A stretch of 64,000 bases of DNA from the human T2T-CHM13v2.0 reference genome, Homo sapiens (GCF_009914755.1 NC_060927.1); one strand, 5' to 3'. Positions 19,188 through 32,906 are shown, counted from the stretch's first letter. A program made the numbers and translations. Notes: generated from the letters alone by a model not told the origin.

Positions 19188-19470
19188 AAGCCAGACACAG
19201 AATGTCATGTGTTATATTGTTTTATTTATATGAAATATCTAGAACGGGTAAATCCATAGAGATAGCAAGCAGATGTGGGACTGCCAGGGACCGGTGAGGT
19301 GGAGGTGGGGAATAAATGCTTAATGGGTATAGGGTTTTTGTTGGGTAATGAAAATGTTTTGGAACTAGGCACAACATAGTGAATATACTAAATTCTACAG
19401 CATTGTTCATATAGTTGTTTTATGTTATGTGAATTTCACCTCATTTAAGGAAAAAAAAGAGAAAAAAGAG
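19188..19470 (+). mobile_element. L1MB-like 3' end
   Basis: tttatatgaaatatctagaa...gtaaatccatagaga...gaatttcacctc plus A tail; flanks accacacact / actacacact. Confidence 0.8.
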
Positions 19471-19606
19471 ACTACACACTGAGGAATATGAAATTTAAGA
19501 GCACCAGGAATAAAGAGAAGATTCCGAAACCTTCTAGAGAGAAACAAAGGATATCATATAGTCATAATAAGCTAAATTTATAATATAGTAATAAATAAGC
19601 CATGAG

Positions 19607-20228
<622 letters not shown>

Positions 20229-20714
20229 TGTACTGAGGAACAGGATTCAAGCTGTATTAGACTCACCTTCTGGTTGGAAGCTAGAAGACAGTGGAATAAT
20301 GCTTTCAAAATTCTGATGCAAAAGTATTTCCTGTAGATTTGTGTATCTAGTCAAAGCATCAATCACATGTGAAGGTAGAATGCTAACATTTTCAGAGAAG
20401 CAAAATCACAAAGTATTTACCTTCTGTCCACCCCTTTTCAGGAAATTATAAGAGGATATGTTATAAGAAAACAGAAAGAGGAAGGTGGGGATATATGATG
20501 TGATAAATTACTTGGTGTGTTTGACAATATTGAAAGTTGTATGGTTCTGTGAGAACTTGGGCTATGTTTGAGATATATAAAAATTAATAAAACAAAAAAA
20601 TGAAGCATTATAAATTCTGAGTATACCGAAGGCCATACAAGAAAGGAAATATAATTATAGCATACTATATGACTCATTATATAAAATAATTTTTCAATAT
20701 AAATACTGATTATA

Positions 20715-21089
<375 letters not shown>

Positions 21090-21254
21090 CTAAAATGGAA
21101 AAATAAAATCAATGTATTATTTAGAAATATAAATGTAAGTATCAGAAGAAATGGCTAAAAGTTGTAGGAAGTGAATTTTAGGAATGGAGTGAAGTAGGAC
21201 AGAGGACAGGTAGGACAGCTTACATTATACATCTTAATCAAAATCTGTTACTTT

Positions 21255-21556
21255 CTGTTTTTTTTTCTTTTTTTCTGTTTTTTTTTGAGATGGAATCTCG
21301 CTCTGTCATACAGTGGCGCCATCTCTGCTCACTGCAAGCTCCGCCTCCTGGGTTCACACCATTCTCCTGCCTCAGCCTCCCGAGTAGCTGGGACTACAGG
21401 CACCCGCCACCATGCCCAGCTAATTTTTTGTGTTTCCAGTAGAGACAGGGTTTCATCATGTTAGCCAGGATGGTCTCTGTCTCCTGACCTCGTGATCCAC
21501 CCGCCTTGGCCTCCCAAAGTGCTGGGATTACAGGCGTGAGCCACTGCGCACGGCCC
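21255..21556 (-). mobile_element. AluY-like SINE
   Basis: ctgcaagctccgcctc, ttagccaggatggtctc diagnostics. Confidence 0.85.
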
Positions 21557-22412
21557 CTCTTTCTGATTTTAAAAAGTCAGAGACAAAGTGCCACATACTG
21601 CAAAGAGCCTATGAGAAATGAAAATTAAGAAAAGGAGCCATGGGCATTGGGAGACTAGAGGCTATAATGATATTGGAGCAGTTTCAATGGTTGAGTGGTG
21701 GATGTAGACCAAGTTGCAGTTGGTTGTAAAGCAAGAGAATAGAAAATTTTCTTCACATATATTACAAATGAATAAATTGAAGGAGACCAACTGACATACA
21801 GGAGTAAATAAGGGGACACAGAATAGATATATCCTCTTCAATGAAACGTGGAATATGAAAATATGACTTTAAATTATAAAAAAGTAGCATTATACATTTA
21901 CAGAAAATCCCCCATAAAACAAAACAAAATTTTTTTATTTCTTTGAATAGCTTTTCTAAAATGATTCATTTACTGAAATACATTATATAGGCATCTCTGC
22001 TGAATTATGTCAGCAGAGAACAGTAAACTATCGATATAACTTAATTTTTATTACTTCTTCATTTGAATAAATACCTTTTCATAAATCTTTTATTTTAACT
22101 TAATAGCCTTGATCTAAAGAGGATTGCTTTATTTCTTCTGAGCCCTTTTTATAAAAATATCTAGGCTTTTAAAATAAGGTGAAAATAAAAGGCAAATTGT
22201 CTGCCTGCCCCTAGTTTTCTGCATTAACGTGATTGCTCCGTCATAGTTCCAGTTCTCTTAGTTCCCCTTCCAGATTCAAGTTTTTATTCAAGCTTGGTCA
22301 TAGGAGTAATGTTATCATCTTTAAATTTGGTCATGGAATGTGTTACACTGCCCAGCTCAGGGAAATGCTGCTCAGTTTGGGCTTGGATGGTAACGTTTAT
22401 TTTCCTTGGCAG

Positions 22413-22472
22413 AGAAGCTGATCGTCGAAGGGCATCTAACCAAAGCGGTAGAAGAAACAAAGCTTTCAAAAG
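22413..22472 (+). CDS. SLMAP: SLMAP 60-nt exon, (K)KLIVEGHLTKAVEETKLSK
   Basis: ttttccttggcag| acceptor, weak |gtttgt donor, phase 1-1, keeps frame with neighbours. Confidence 0.9.
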
Positions 22473-23349
22473 GTTTGTTTTCTGTTTTTCTATGTTTTTT
22501 GACAGTTCTTTTGGATAATGAAGGTTAGTGTATATTTTCAAGGTTATAGTATTTTAACCATCAGTTTACTTCTTATAGCTCACAAAATAGCAAGCCAGTA
22601 ACAGTATCAGATAATATATAAAATAATCAGACTTCTGTTTTAAGAAGGGTATCGTAACTGGAATGTGTCTTTTTAAGTGGATGTATATTTATGGTTTTTT
22701 GAATGTTAGTACTTGATATAGGTTTCTTTAGGTATTAAAGATTTGTTGCAATCTCTGTCATTCCCAGCATTAATTTCAGCTTTGATCTCAAATTTTAATC
22801 AAACACAATGTAAGTCGTTTGTGATACAACTTAAGTGAAACATGCTTGCACTTCTATTTTGGGGGTTACAGTACCTTTAAAATCTCTTATGATGTTTAAT
22901 ATTTCCTTAATTTTTGGCATCTCAGTTTGATTTAAACAAAATTAATGACTTTTGTGAATGTAGAATCTTCTTATATTTTATGAGTAGTCCAGTAATTGCC
23001 CAAAGTAGTTTATTGTGTTAATTCTGTTACAGTTGTCAGAGAAGAAAAGTGAGTTTTAAAGCACCATATTGTCAAGTCACTTTTATACATAGGGAAATTA
23101 GGCAAATAAATTTGGTGGCATGTGTTTATCATAGTAGAACTTTCATTAGACTATACCAGTATAAAATTTAAAACTAGATTCACAGTCCTTTTGGCCAATT
23201 AAAACATTGAGTTACAAAAGTTTGAGATACTTAATTTTAGTACATTCTATTTTATTAAAGTAACTGGATTCATTTGACTTTTTTAACCATGTAAGAGGAT
23301 GGTGTTATTTCAAATATCTCGTGGTTTCCATTCTGAATTTTGTGCACGG

Positions 23350-23446
23350 CAGATGCCATATTTGGGGAAAAAATGCATAGAATATGCATCATTAATATTG
23401 TTTTGGCAAACAGGCATTGAGTTTCAGAACAGTGAACTATTTTTAG
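23350..23446. promoter_or_regulatory. Candidate muscle enhancer: E-box + CArG + MEF2
   Basis: CAGATG 23350-23355 abutting CCATATTTGG 23356-23365; CTATTTTTAG 23437-23446; non-repeat DNA. Confidence 0.45.
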
Positions 23447-23720
23447 TACATATGGCAATTTTTTTCACCTTATTAAAGTGAGATGAGAACAGACCTTAAA
23501 ATAGCTTTTACCTCACCATCCAAATACCTATTCAGATTAGTTGGTTGAATAGCCAGCACTTTGAAGTAGAGCCTTAGGAAAAAAAAAAAAAATGCTTCTT
23601 TAATTAAAATATCTTGCTATCTTATCACTTACATTTAATGCATTCTAAATTAGAAAATATTTTCTTGAAATTATGTTTTATCATTATTGGAAAAGTTTTG
23701 TGCATTACTGATTTCCCTTT

Positions 23721-23854
23721 TTAATTTATTGTTTTTATCTTATTGATACATAATGTGCATATTTTCAGGATATGTTTTATAGTTTGATACATTTAATGTA
23801 TAAAGATCAAATCAGGGTAATTAGAATATCATCACTTTAAATATTTATCTTTGT
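23721..23854 (-). mobile_element. Short L1MA-like 3' end
   Basis: gatcaaatcagggtaattagaatatcatcac; flanks tgatttcc...ttt. Confidence 0.7.
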
Positions 23855-23949
23855 ATGATTTCCTTTTAAACCTGGCTATAAACTGTTTATTGGAAGTTTT
23901 AAAGAACATGCCTTTTGATCCAACAATTCCACTTTTGGGTTTTTAACCC

Positions 23950-24280
<331 letters not shown>

Positions 24281-24799
24281 TAATGAGCAAGAATATTTAT
24301 TTCAGTGTTGTTTAAAAGCAACAAGAGGAAAGCATTAGGGTCCATTAATAAGGGTATTTATTAAATAAATTATGGCAAATAAGTCCATGTAAATGAATAG
24401 AATATATTCTTTAAGAATAATACAAATATAAGTTTTAAATACTCAGGGATTTTTCTATCAGTAGTGAACATTTTACTAGCACCTTTCACAGTTAATAGGC
24501 AAAGATATGCTAATCCTTGTAACAAACCAGATGGCTGAAATAAGTTACATTTTAAATCGAGCTATAAAGTGTTTTCTTTTGGATTTGGCTAAATTGTCTT
24601 TAATTGGCAATGTTTTTGGTGGAATTTTCTTGTTTGGACTGAAAATAGCAGTTGCCATAAATGAACAATTACCGACTGTTACCAGTCTTACCTCTTCTCT
24701 TACCTCTAGAAGATGTATCACCTAATGCAAAATGTGCTTTCTGTTTAATCTCTAACTCAACTTGCAGTCATTACATGTCTATATATAGCTTTGGAGGTA

Positions 24800-24910
24800 G
24801 AGGTAGAAAGAATATGTGTAGATAATTCTACCACTAACTAGCTGTACACCCTCAGGCAACTTCAGTTCTTTAAACCTCAGTTCCCTCACTTGTGAAGTGA
24901 GATTGACAAA
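24800..24910 (+). mobile_element. MIR fragment
   Basis: ccactaactagctgt...aaacctcagttccctcacttgtgaagtgag. Confidence 0.65.
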
Positions 24911-24977
24911 ATGTGAGCCACCACTCATGGTCTTGTGTTTCATTCTTGAATAGATTTGATTTGCCTCTATGTAACTA

Positions 24978-25503
<526 letters not shown>

Positions 25504-25602
25504 TAGATATATGCTTTCAATCATCCTTTAAAAAAAAATACCTACTAGGTACTAGGCACTGTTCTGTGCACTGGGAATATAGCAGTTAATGAAACAGACA
25601 TT

Positions 25603-25830
25603 CCAGCCTGGGCAACATAGGGAGACCCTATCTCTTCAAAAAAATAAAATAAAAAATTAGCCAGATGTGGTGGTGCACACCTGTGGTCCCAGCTAATCAG
25701 CACGCTTAGGTGGGAGGATGGCTTGAGCCCAGGAAGCCAAGGCTGCAGTTGTGCCACTGTGCTCCAGCCTGGGCAACAGAGCAAGACCCTGTCTGAAAAA
25801 TAAAAAAGAAAGAAAAGAAAAAAAAAAAAA
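25603..25830 (+). mobile_element. AluJ, 5'-truncated
   Basis: Alu motifs and A tail. Confidence 0.85.
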
Positions 25831-25927
25831 CAGGCAATCTCTGCCATCAGGGAGTTATATTCCAATGAGATCTTGATGGAAAATTTGGCCCTACCTTTAA
25901 GGCAACTTTACCTTCCCAGCTAATACT

Positions 25928-26100
25928 CTAAATATAGAGTAAGAGTTCCTTCTAGGCTAGAAGAATACTTTTGCAAATATACTTCCTATTTACCTAATAT
26001 TTTAATCCTAAAATTGCCAAAAATATTAAAATCAGGGAGAGCTGTTTTCCTGTTTTCCTTTTTGTTCTTCCAGAGTGGTTCCTTTTGTAACCATATATGG
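25928..26100. promoter_or_regulatory. Candidate muscle enhancer: MEF2 + CArG
   Basis: CTAAATATAG 25928-25937; CCATATATGG 26091-26100. Confidence 0.35.
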
Positions 26101-27381
26101 AGATTAGATGTATTAGCCTCTTTTATTTGAGAATGTAACTTTGTGATCGAAACTAGAACATTCAGAAATGTCTGATTTTAGCATACTATGAATGCAGCAG
26201 CGGTCACAGATTAGATTCCCATGGGCCTCCATGGCCAGTGACTTCACTTCTAATCTAAGTTCCCCGTCACTAAGCAGTTGACCTTTGACTACAAATGGCA
26301 GTGAGAAAAGAAGCAAAGACTTCTTGAAATTCATCACCCATTTCACAAGTTAAGCCACAAATTCTGGGGGTATTCTTATATGGAATAGCCATAACAAGTT
26401 ATATTTTAATGTTGTATTAAATATTTTGACAGTAATGGTTTTAGATGTGTTTCTAATTTCTTTCAAAATAGAAAATATATTTTAATTTCCTTGATTTTAA
26501 AACAATATATATATATATCTACAAATTTTTCAGTGTATGACTATGTGAAGTTAAAAAGTAAATGTCCACCATGTCCCTATCCCCAAAAATAACTAATGAT
26601 GTCTCTGTTGTAGATCCTTCCAGACCTTGAATAAATATATGCAATTAAAAATTCATAGATAAATGTATAACTATTTTTAATCTACATGGGGTCATATTAT
26701 ACATACTGCTCTTTATTAGGCTTTTTACTTAGTAGTAAATATATCTTGAATAGTTTTCATTCCATAATATATGTATTTCATTTTCCCATAATGAACAATA
26801 CTTCAGTGAGCATTATGTATCGCATATGTGCTGTGTTACTTCCTTTAGGAAAAGTACTAGAAGTGGGCATGCATGTACAAACAGTGAAATCAGGTCTGTA
26901 ACATTATAAAAATATATGCTTTATAAATTTATAATCTCACTAAGGAAAGAAGATATATACATATACACAGAATAATACAAAATAAAGTATGATTAATTGA
27001 GGAAACAAAAGACACAAAGATACAATTAAAAGGAGCACCATGGTGGAGAAATGAAGACTTCCTTAGAGTTGATGGGACTTAAACTGTATATTACAGAATG
27101 AATAGGCCAAGTAGAGAAAATGGCTCTTTTGAGGTTAGGGAAATATTGAATCAAACAAATAATTGCAGGACATAATGCAGGCATGTATTAGCCCTATAAT
27201 GAAGCTAGCATGACCAGAGCAGAGCTCCTGTGGGAAATAATGTAGGGACCAGATTACGGCTAAATTCTGCTATGTAAAGCTTGACTGAGGCCTTGTGGAG
27301 AATGGGGAGATAGGATTTCCATATAGGATTTCATTCAGAGAAATGACATTTTCTGCAAATGCTACCCTAAAGAATGCCATA

Positions 27382-27510
27382 GGCCAGGTGTGGTGGCTCA
27401 CACCTGTAATTCTAGCACTTGGGAGGCTGAGGTGGGAGGATTACTTGAGCCCAGGAGTTCAAGACTAGCCTAGGCAACATAGTGACACCCCCTCTAAAAA
27501 AAAAAAAGAA
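27382..27510 (+). mobile_element. FLAM-like Alu monomer
   Basis: Left monomer plus A tail. Confidence 0.85.
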
Positions 27511-27696
27511 AGGAATTCCATAGTATGTACAGATGTGCCATTACAGATGAGGATCTGGGGCCTAATTAATTGCCAGTCATCTTTAATAAACTATTGGGCC
27601 TATAGTTAGGATTTCTGAGGACAGTTCTTTGAAAATTAGGCCTAAGATGGCTTCATTGGACCAGGCAGAAGACCTCTTGTAAACAATTTCAAAACT

Positions 27697-28005
27697 TTTT
27701 TTTTCTTTCTTTCTTTCTTTATTTTGAGACAGAGTCTTGCTCTGTCACCCAGGCTGGAGTGCAGTGGCACAATCTCGGCTCACTGCAACCTCCACCTCCC
27801 GAGTTCAAGCAATTCTCTGCCTCAGCCTCCCGAGTAGCTGGGATTACAGGTGCCCAGCACCATGCCCAGCTAATTTTTTGTATTTTTTGTAGAGATGGGG
27901 TTTCACCATCTTGGCCATGCTGGTCTTGAACTCCTGACCTCATGATCCATCCACCTCAGCCTCCGAAAGTGCTGGGATTACAGGCGTGAGCCACTGCGCC
28001 TGGCC
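27697..28005 (-). mobile_element. AluS-type SINE
   Basis: Reverse Alu. Confidence 0.9.
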
Positions 28006-28031
28006 CTAAACTTTTTAAAAAGTTTTTTCTT

Positions 28032-28330
28032 GGCCAGGTGCAGTGGCTCATGCCTGTAATTCTAGTGCTTTGGGAGGCTGAGACGGGAGGATCAGTTTAG
28101 CCCAGGAGTTTGAGACCAGCCTAGGCAACATAGCAAGACCTCATCTCTACTAAAAATTTAAAAAAGATATCTGGGTATAGTGGCATGGTCCTGAAGTTCC
28201 AGCTGCTCAGGGGGCTGAGGCAGGAGGATCCCTTGAGCCCAGGAGGTCAAGGTTGTAGTGAGCTGTGTTTGTCCCACTGCACTCCAGCCTGGACAACAGA
28301 GCAAGACGCTGTCTCAAAAAAAAAAAAAAA
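28032..28330 (+). mobile_element. AluJ-type SINE
   Basis: Full dimer. Confidence 0.88.
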
Positions 28331-28619
28331 GTTTTTTCTTACTGTGATTCAGGGACAGTTATCTTTAGAAATAAAAGGCTGTTAATTTTCTTATTTTAAG
28401 TGGCACTTTTTTATAAGAACTGATCGTGGTTTTTTTTTTAAGAGTTTTATTATTTGAGTACAAATCTTACTAAAGCAGCCTTCTTACTAGTGTTTTTATG
28501 TAACAGAGCCTTCTCCTTTAATCATCTTTATACAGTGTCTGCATTGTCCTGGGAATTGTACTATATTTGTTGCAGTTCTTTGAATACTTTAGCAAAGCTT
28601 GCTTCGTTTTTGTTTCCAG

Positions 28620-28744
28620 TTGGCAAGTGGACAGCCTTGAACAAAAGCCCCAGCCCTCAGCAAAGCAGACATGATCCACATTATAATTTAATATGAGCTA
28701 CGTGTAATAACCAGCATTCCATTTTGGACAAGGGTGGTGAAGAA
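28620..28744 (+). other. Candidate alternative 5'-UTR/first exon or poison exon
   Basis: tttttgtttccag| at 28619 and gaa|gtaaga at 28745, 139 nt upstream of the 81-nt exon. Confidence 0.4.
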
Positions 28745-28883
28745 GTAAGAGATTCAGTGACCTGACCTATTTTAAAAGTACTTTGCGTACCTGTAGATTT
28801 TGAGCATTCATAGCCTGAAGCAGTTTTATTGATATAAGATATTTAACTGTAATAAGATTTTACTTTTATTTTTTTCTTGGTAG

Positions 28884-28964
28884 AAAATCAGACAAGAGCA
28901 AAAGAATCTGATTTTTCAGATACTCTGAGTCCAAGCAAGGAAAAAAGCAGTGACGACACTACAG
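28884..28964 (+). CDS. SLMAP: SLMAP 81-nt exon, (E)NQTRAKESDFSDTLSPSKEKSSDDTT
   Basis: tttttcttggtag| acceptor, |gtgagt donor, phase 1-1. Confidence 0.94.
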
Positions 28965-29245
28965 GTGAGTTTTAACCTAATGTTTACAGACCTGCAGCTG
29001 TTAATGGCAGTTTAGTTATATAGGTCAATGTGAGTGGAGATTTCAAAGTATGTGTTTGGGGAAAAAAAAAACGCTTCCATTTATCAAGTCATCCCCTTTG
29101 AATGCTGGATATTTTGTTAAAACTACTTTCAACTACCCGAATATAATAGCTGTATCAATTCCAATTGTTTGTTTTGATAACAATAGCTTGCTGATAGATC
29201 TGAATACTGTCTGTAATTATATATGTATTTTTTTCCTCTCTGTAG

Positions 29246-29305
29246 ACGCCCAAATGGATGAGCAAGACCTAAATGAGCCTCTTGCCAAAGTGTCCCTTTT
29301 AAAAG
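29246..29305 (+). CDS. SLMAP: SLMAP 60-nt exon, (D)AQMDEQDLNEPLAKVSLLK; contains internal Met (ATG 29254-29256), the likely start of the short muscle isoform
   Basis: ttttcctctctgtag| acceptor, |gtactt donor, phase 1-1. Confidence 0.94.
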
Positions 29306-29787
29306 GTACTTTAACATGTTTTTATGACATCGTAAACCAGGGTATCAAATCACCCTTTGCCATAAAATCTGTTCTAGATATTATGTGAAGTTTTAATTTT
29401 TAGTTAAGAGATTAAGATAGGTTCTGTAAAGTAGCAGGGACTAAAAATTTAAAGTTTTGGTGTTTATACCCAATATTTCAAACTATTGTTGAATAATTTG
29501 GATCAGTCAAGATTACGAGGGACAAAGTGTTAAGTGGTAGAATATGAAATGCAGCTGTGTTTTTTGTTTACCCTTGTGTCTCTAATAGGAATTTATTAGC
29601 GCTTTTAACATAATTAGAATAAGGTGAAAATCTTAACTTTCTTGAAAGACTCACCGGTTTACTCTGTTATCATATGGTAGCAGTTGTAAATTTCCTTATT
29701 TTCTGGTCTTCTTCATCTTCTAATAAATATCCCCAGGTTCTTATGACACTCTTCTAGAAATTTTGGGCTAAGAAACTTTAGGTGGAT

Positions 29788-30095
<308 letters not shown>

Positions 30096-30804
30096 TTTAG
30101 ATGTTGATAAGATAAGTAATGCATGTAATTAACTCTTTGTCTCACCTCTAAACAGGAAGTACATTTCTTGATATTTACTTGTTTAGAATGAAGTGGGTAG
30201 AAAATAAATCAGCATTTATAAAAATGTTTTTAAAATAAAGTTCCTTGGGGATAGTTTACTGGAAAATTGTCAACATTCAGTCTCTTTTATGTTGCCTTAT
30301 TGTACACAAGAAAAATTGACATATGTTGTAAGTTCAGCCCAGTGGGTTTATTAAAAATGTTGGTAGTGGTGTACTAACACCAGACAGCTCTCTGGGATCA
30401 GAGTGACAGTAGCAGCCTGTGGAAATTTCTCTTTGTGGAAGTGCCGATTTTTCTGGCTGGACTAATAGGGAATCTCCTTGTCCAGACCCCGAGCTTTGGG
30501 ATTATATAAGGAAGGAGCACTCTTACTGATTTGTACTCTTCTTAGGTGATCTTTGGTGTTGATAAGACATGCTTTTTTTCTAATGTCATAATAATAAATA
30601 TAAGTTAATGTTGGTATGATCCAGAACTCTCATCTCAGAAATGCAATACCATTATTGTGTAAAATGTAGTTACTGATACTGAAAGAATGTCAGACCCTAT
30701 GGGCCTTTATGGGAACGTGGAGAAAAAAGAAGGGAGGTAAATGAGTAATGAACACACCCATACAAAAGTAGCCCTCTTTATGGTCTTTTGCACTACAGAA
30801 CTCT

Positions 30805-30893
30805 CTTTTTTCTTTTTCTTTTTTTCTTTTTGTAGGTACATAGTAGGTGTATATATTTATAGGGTACATGAGCTGTTTTGGTACAGGCATTCA
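30805..30893 (-). mobile_element. Very short L1MA-like 3' end
   Basis: T-tract then gtacatagtaggtgtatatatttatagggtacatgag. Confidence 0.75.
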
Positions 30894-31119
30894 GTGTTAC
30901 AGAAATCTTTTCAATAGCCAACTTAAGATTGAGTATAGTGTTTATGATTGTGTTAATTGTATTCAACTATTATTAGTGCTTTTGTGATTTTTGTCAGTCT
31001 GTTTTAGATTTGATTTTTATCCCATTGCCTACCACAATGCAGGTATTCAGTAAAACTCAGATATTTGATGAATTAATTGATAATGGACTTCTTACATTAA
31101 AATTATAAAGACACAAGAG

Positions 31120-31370
31120 CATTAGGAAAGTAACACTAGCCACAAAGCTAAGAGCCAAAGAACTCTGGGTTCAGTCATAGGTTTGCCATTTATTTGTAAT
31201 ATGTCCTTGGCAAATTGCTTAACTGCTCTGTGATTCAGGGTTTTTTCATGTATTAGACTGGCGAAAACCAACTTTATAGGTTTATTGTGAAGATTGAATG
31301 AAAGGGTGTGCATGGACCACTTACCATGGTGTTGGGAACATAAAATGTTAACCACCATAATGAAGACACT
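31120..31370 (+). mobile_element. MIR SINE
   Basis: ctgggttcag...ccttggcaaattgcttaac...ttgtgaagattgaatga. Confidence 0.75.
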
Positions 31371-31934
31371 GATCATGATGATGATGGTGATTGATAAAAG
31401 CAGGCCTATCTGTTGAAGGACTCTGAGTAACTCCATATTAATTGAATAAGATTGTGGAGTTTTAAAATTATTTCCTATAGTATTTAGGAACAAGGATTTG
31501 TTTGTAATGGATTTTTTCTAATTAGTAATGCATTTATTTGTTTGTTACTTGCCAGATAATCAGGAAAAAATATTTTTAATCCATGAGTAGCACCAAACAG
31601 TATCTATAAAAGTACTCACAATATAGCCTGGGAAGTCAGACTCAAGGAACAGGGAATGAAAGGGGAAAGATGTAGGAAAAGATTGGAAAATACAAGATGC
31701 ATGTGGAGCTGGCGGCCTGTGTGCAGATGCTGTTAGTAATTGCTTCAGGTGCCATTGATGAAGATGGGTCAGAGTTTCCCTAACCTTGCTTTACGTTAAG
31801 GTGAAAGAACTTCTAAAACTTTTCTTTACATTTCTGTATGATTGCCAACTTTTTTGTTAATGAAGTAGTATCTTTATAAATACCTGCTGAAAGATTTTGT
31901 GGCTTGATTTTATTTTTATGAATTTTTTTACTTA

Positions 31935-32085
31935 TTTTGTTTTGTTTTGTTTTTAGAGACAGGGGTCTTGCTAAGTTGGTCAGGTTGGTCTTGAACTTCT
32001 GAGCTCAAGCGTTCCTCTCACCTCAGCCTCCCACCTCAGCTTCCCAAGTAGCTGGGACTACAGGCATGCACCACCCTACCCGACT
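31935..32085 (-). mobile_element. Alu monomer/fragment
   Basis: Reverse Alu motifs. Confidence 0.8.
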
Positions 32086-32906
32086 TGTTTACTCTTTCAC
32101 TTTGTTTCTCTTTCTCTCTCTGTCTCTCTCTCTTTTTGCAGCTTGATTTTAAGAACAGACTGTCAAGTCAGTCAGTGATTGGATGTAAAGAAAAATCATC
32201 TAGGTAGAAGGAGGCATATTTTAGAAGAGTCTCCAAGAGATAATTATCATAGCCCTTTATGGTCATTATTATTTTTCTTTTGTAAAGTTTCTCTTGTAAG
32301 AGTTTTACAAATTCTTAAAAGTGATGTATTACTGGTACTTTTTAGAAACATTTATGTTATGCTTGATTATGTGTGGTTATGGTTTGTATCTGTATAATTA
32401 GGTTCAATAGACTGACATAATTTTCTCTTAAAAGTATAAATTACTAGACAACAGTGTTGACCTTTACAGCTATATAAGGCAGCTACATATAAGTAGCCTC
32501 TTTATTTTCCTCATTCAAACTTTGTGCCTGACTTCCCGAACCATTATTTTCAAGTTTTTTTTCCCCTTTTTTAAAAAATAGCCAATCTTTTTCTTTAGAT
32601 TTATTGTGTACGACTTGTCACATTTGTCAGCTAGGACAAGGAAAATAATAATAAACATTCATTATGAGATAAAATGATGATAGCAGTAGTACCTTTTCCC
32701 TGATATAGTAATCATTTCTATCTATTTAGTTACTTTTAAATGAGAAATAAGTTGATCAAACCATGTTTTCTGTATGCTTGAAACCATCTCCCATAAAACG
32801 TTTTTTAAAATTGGAATTCACTTCAAATCATGTCTGTTGCAAATTTGCTCTGTTTGGGGAACCTTGCCAGGGACTGCAGTGGTTTTAAAGTCTAATAAGA
32901 CTGTCG

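Noticed and set aside
26041-26140. Strong pyrimidine tract and CAG acceptor at 26073
   Set aside because: No convincing donor downstream
31122-31493. 123-aa minus-strand hydrophobic ORF
   Set aside because: Lies over a MIR and AT-rich DNA; hydrophobicity is compositional
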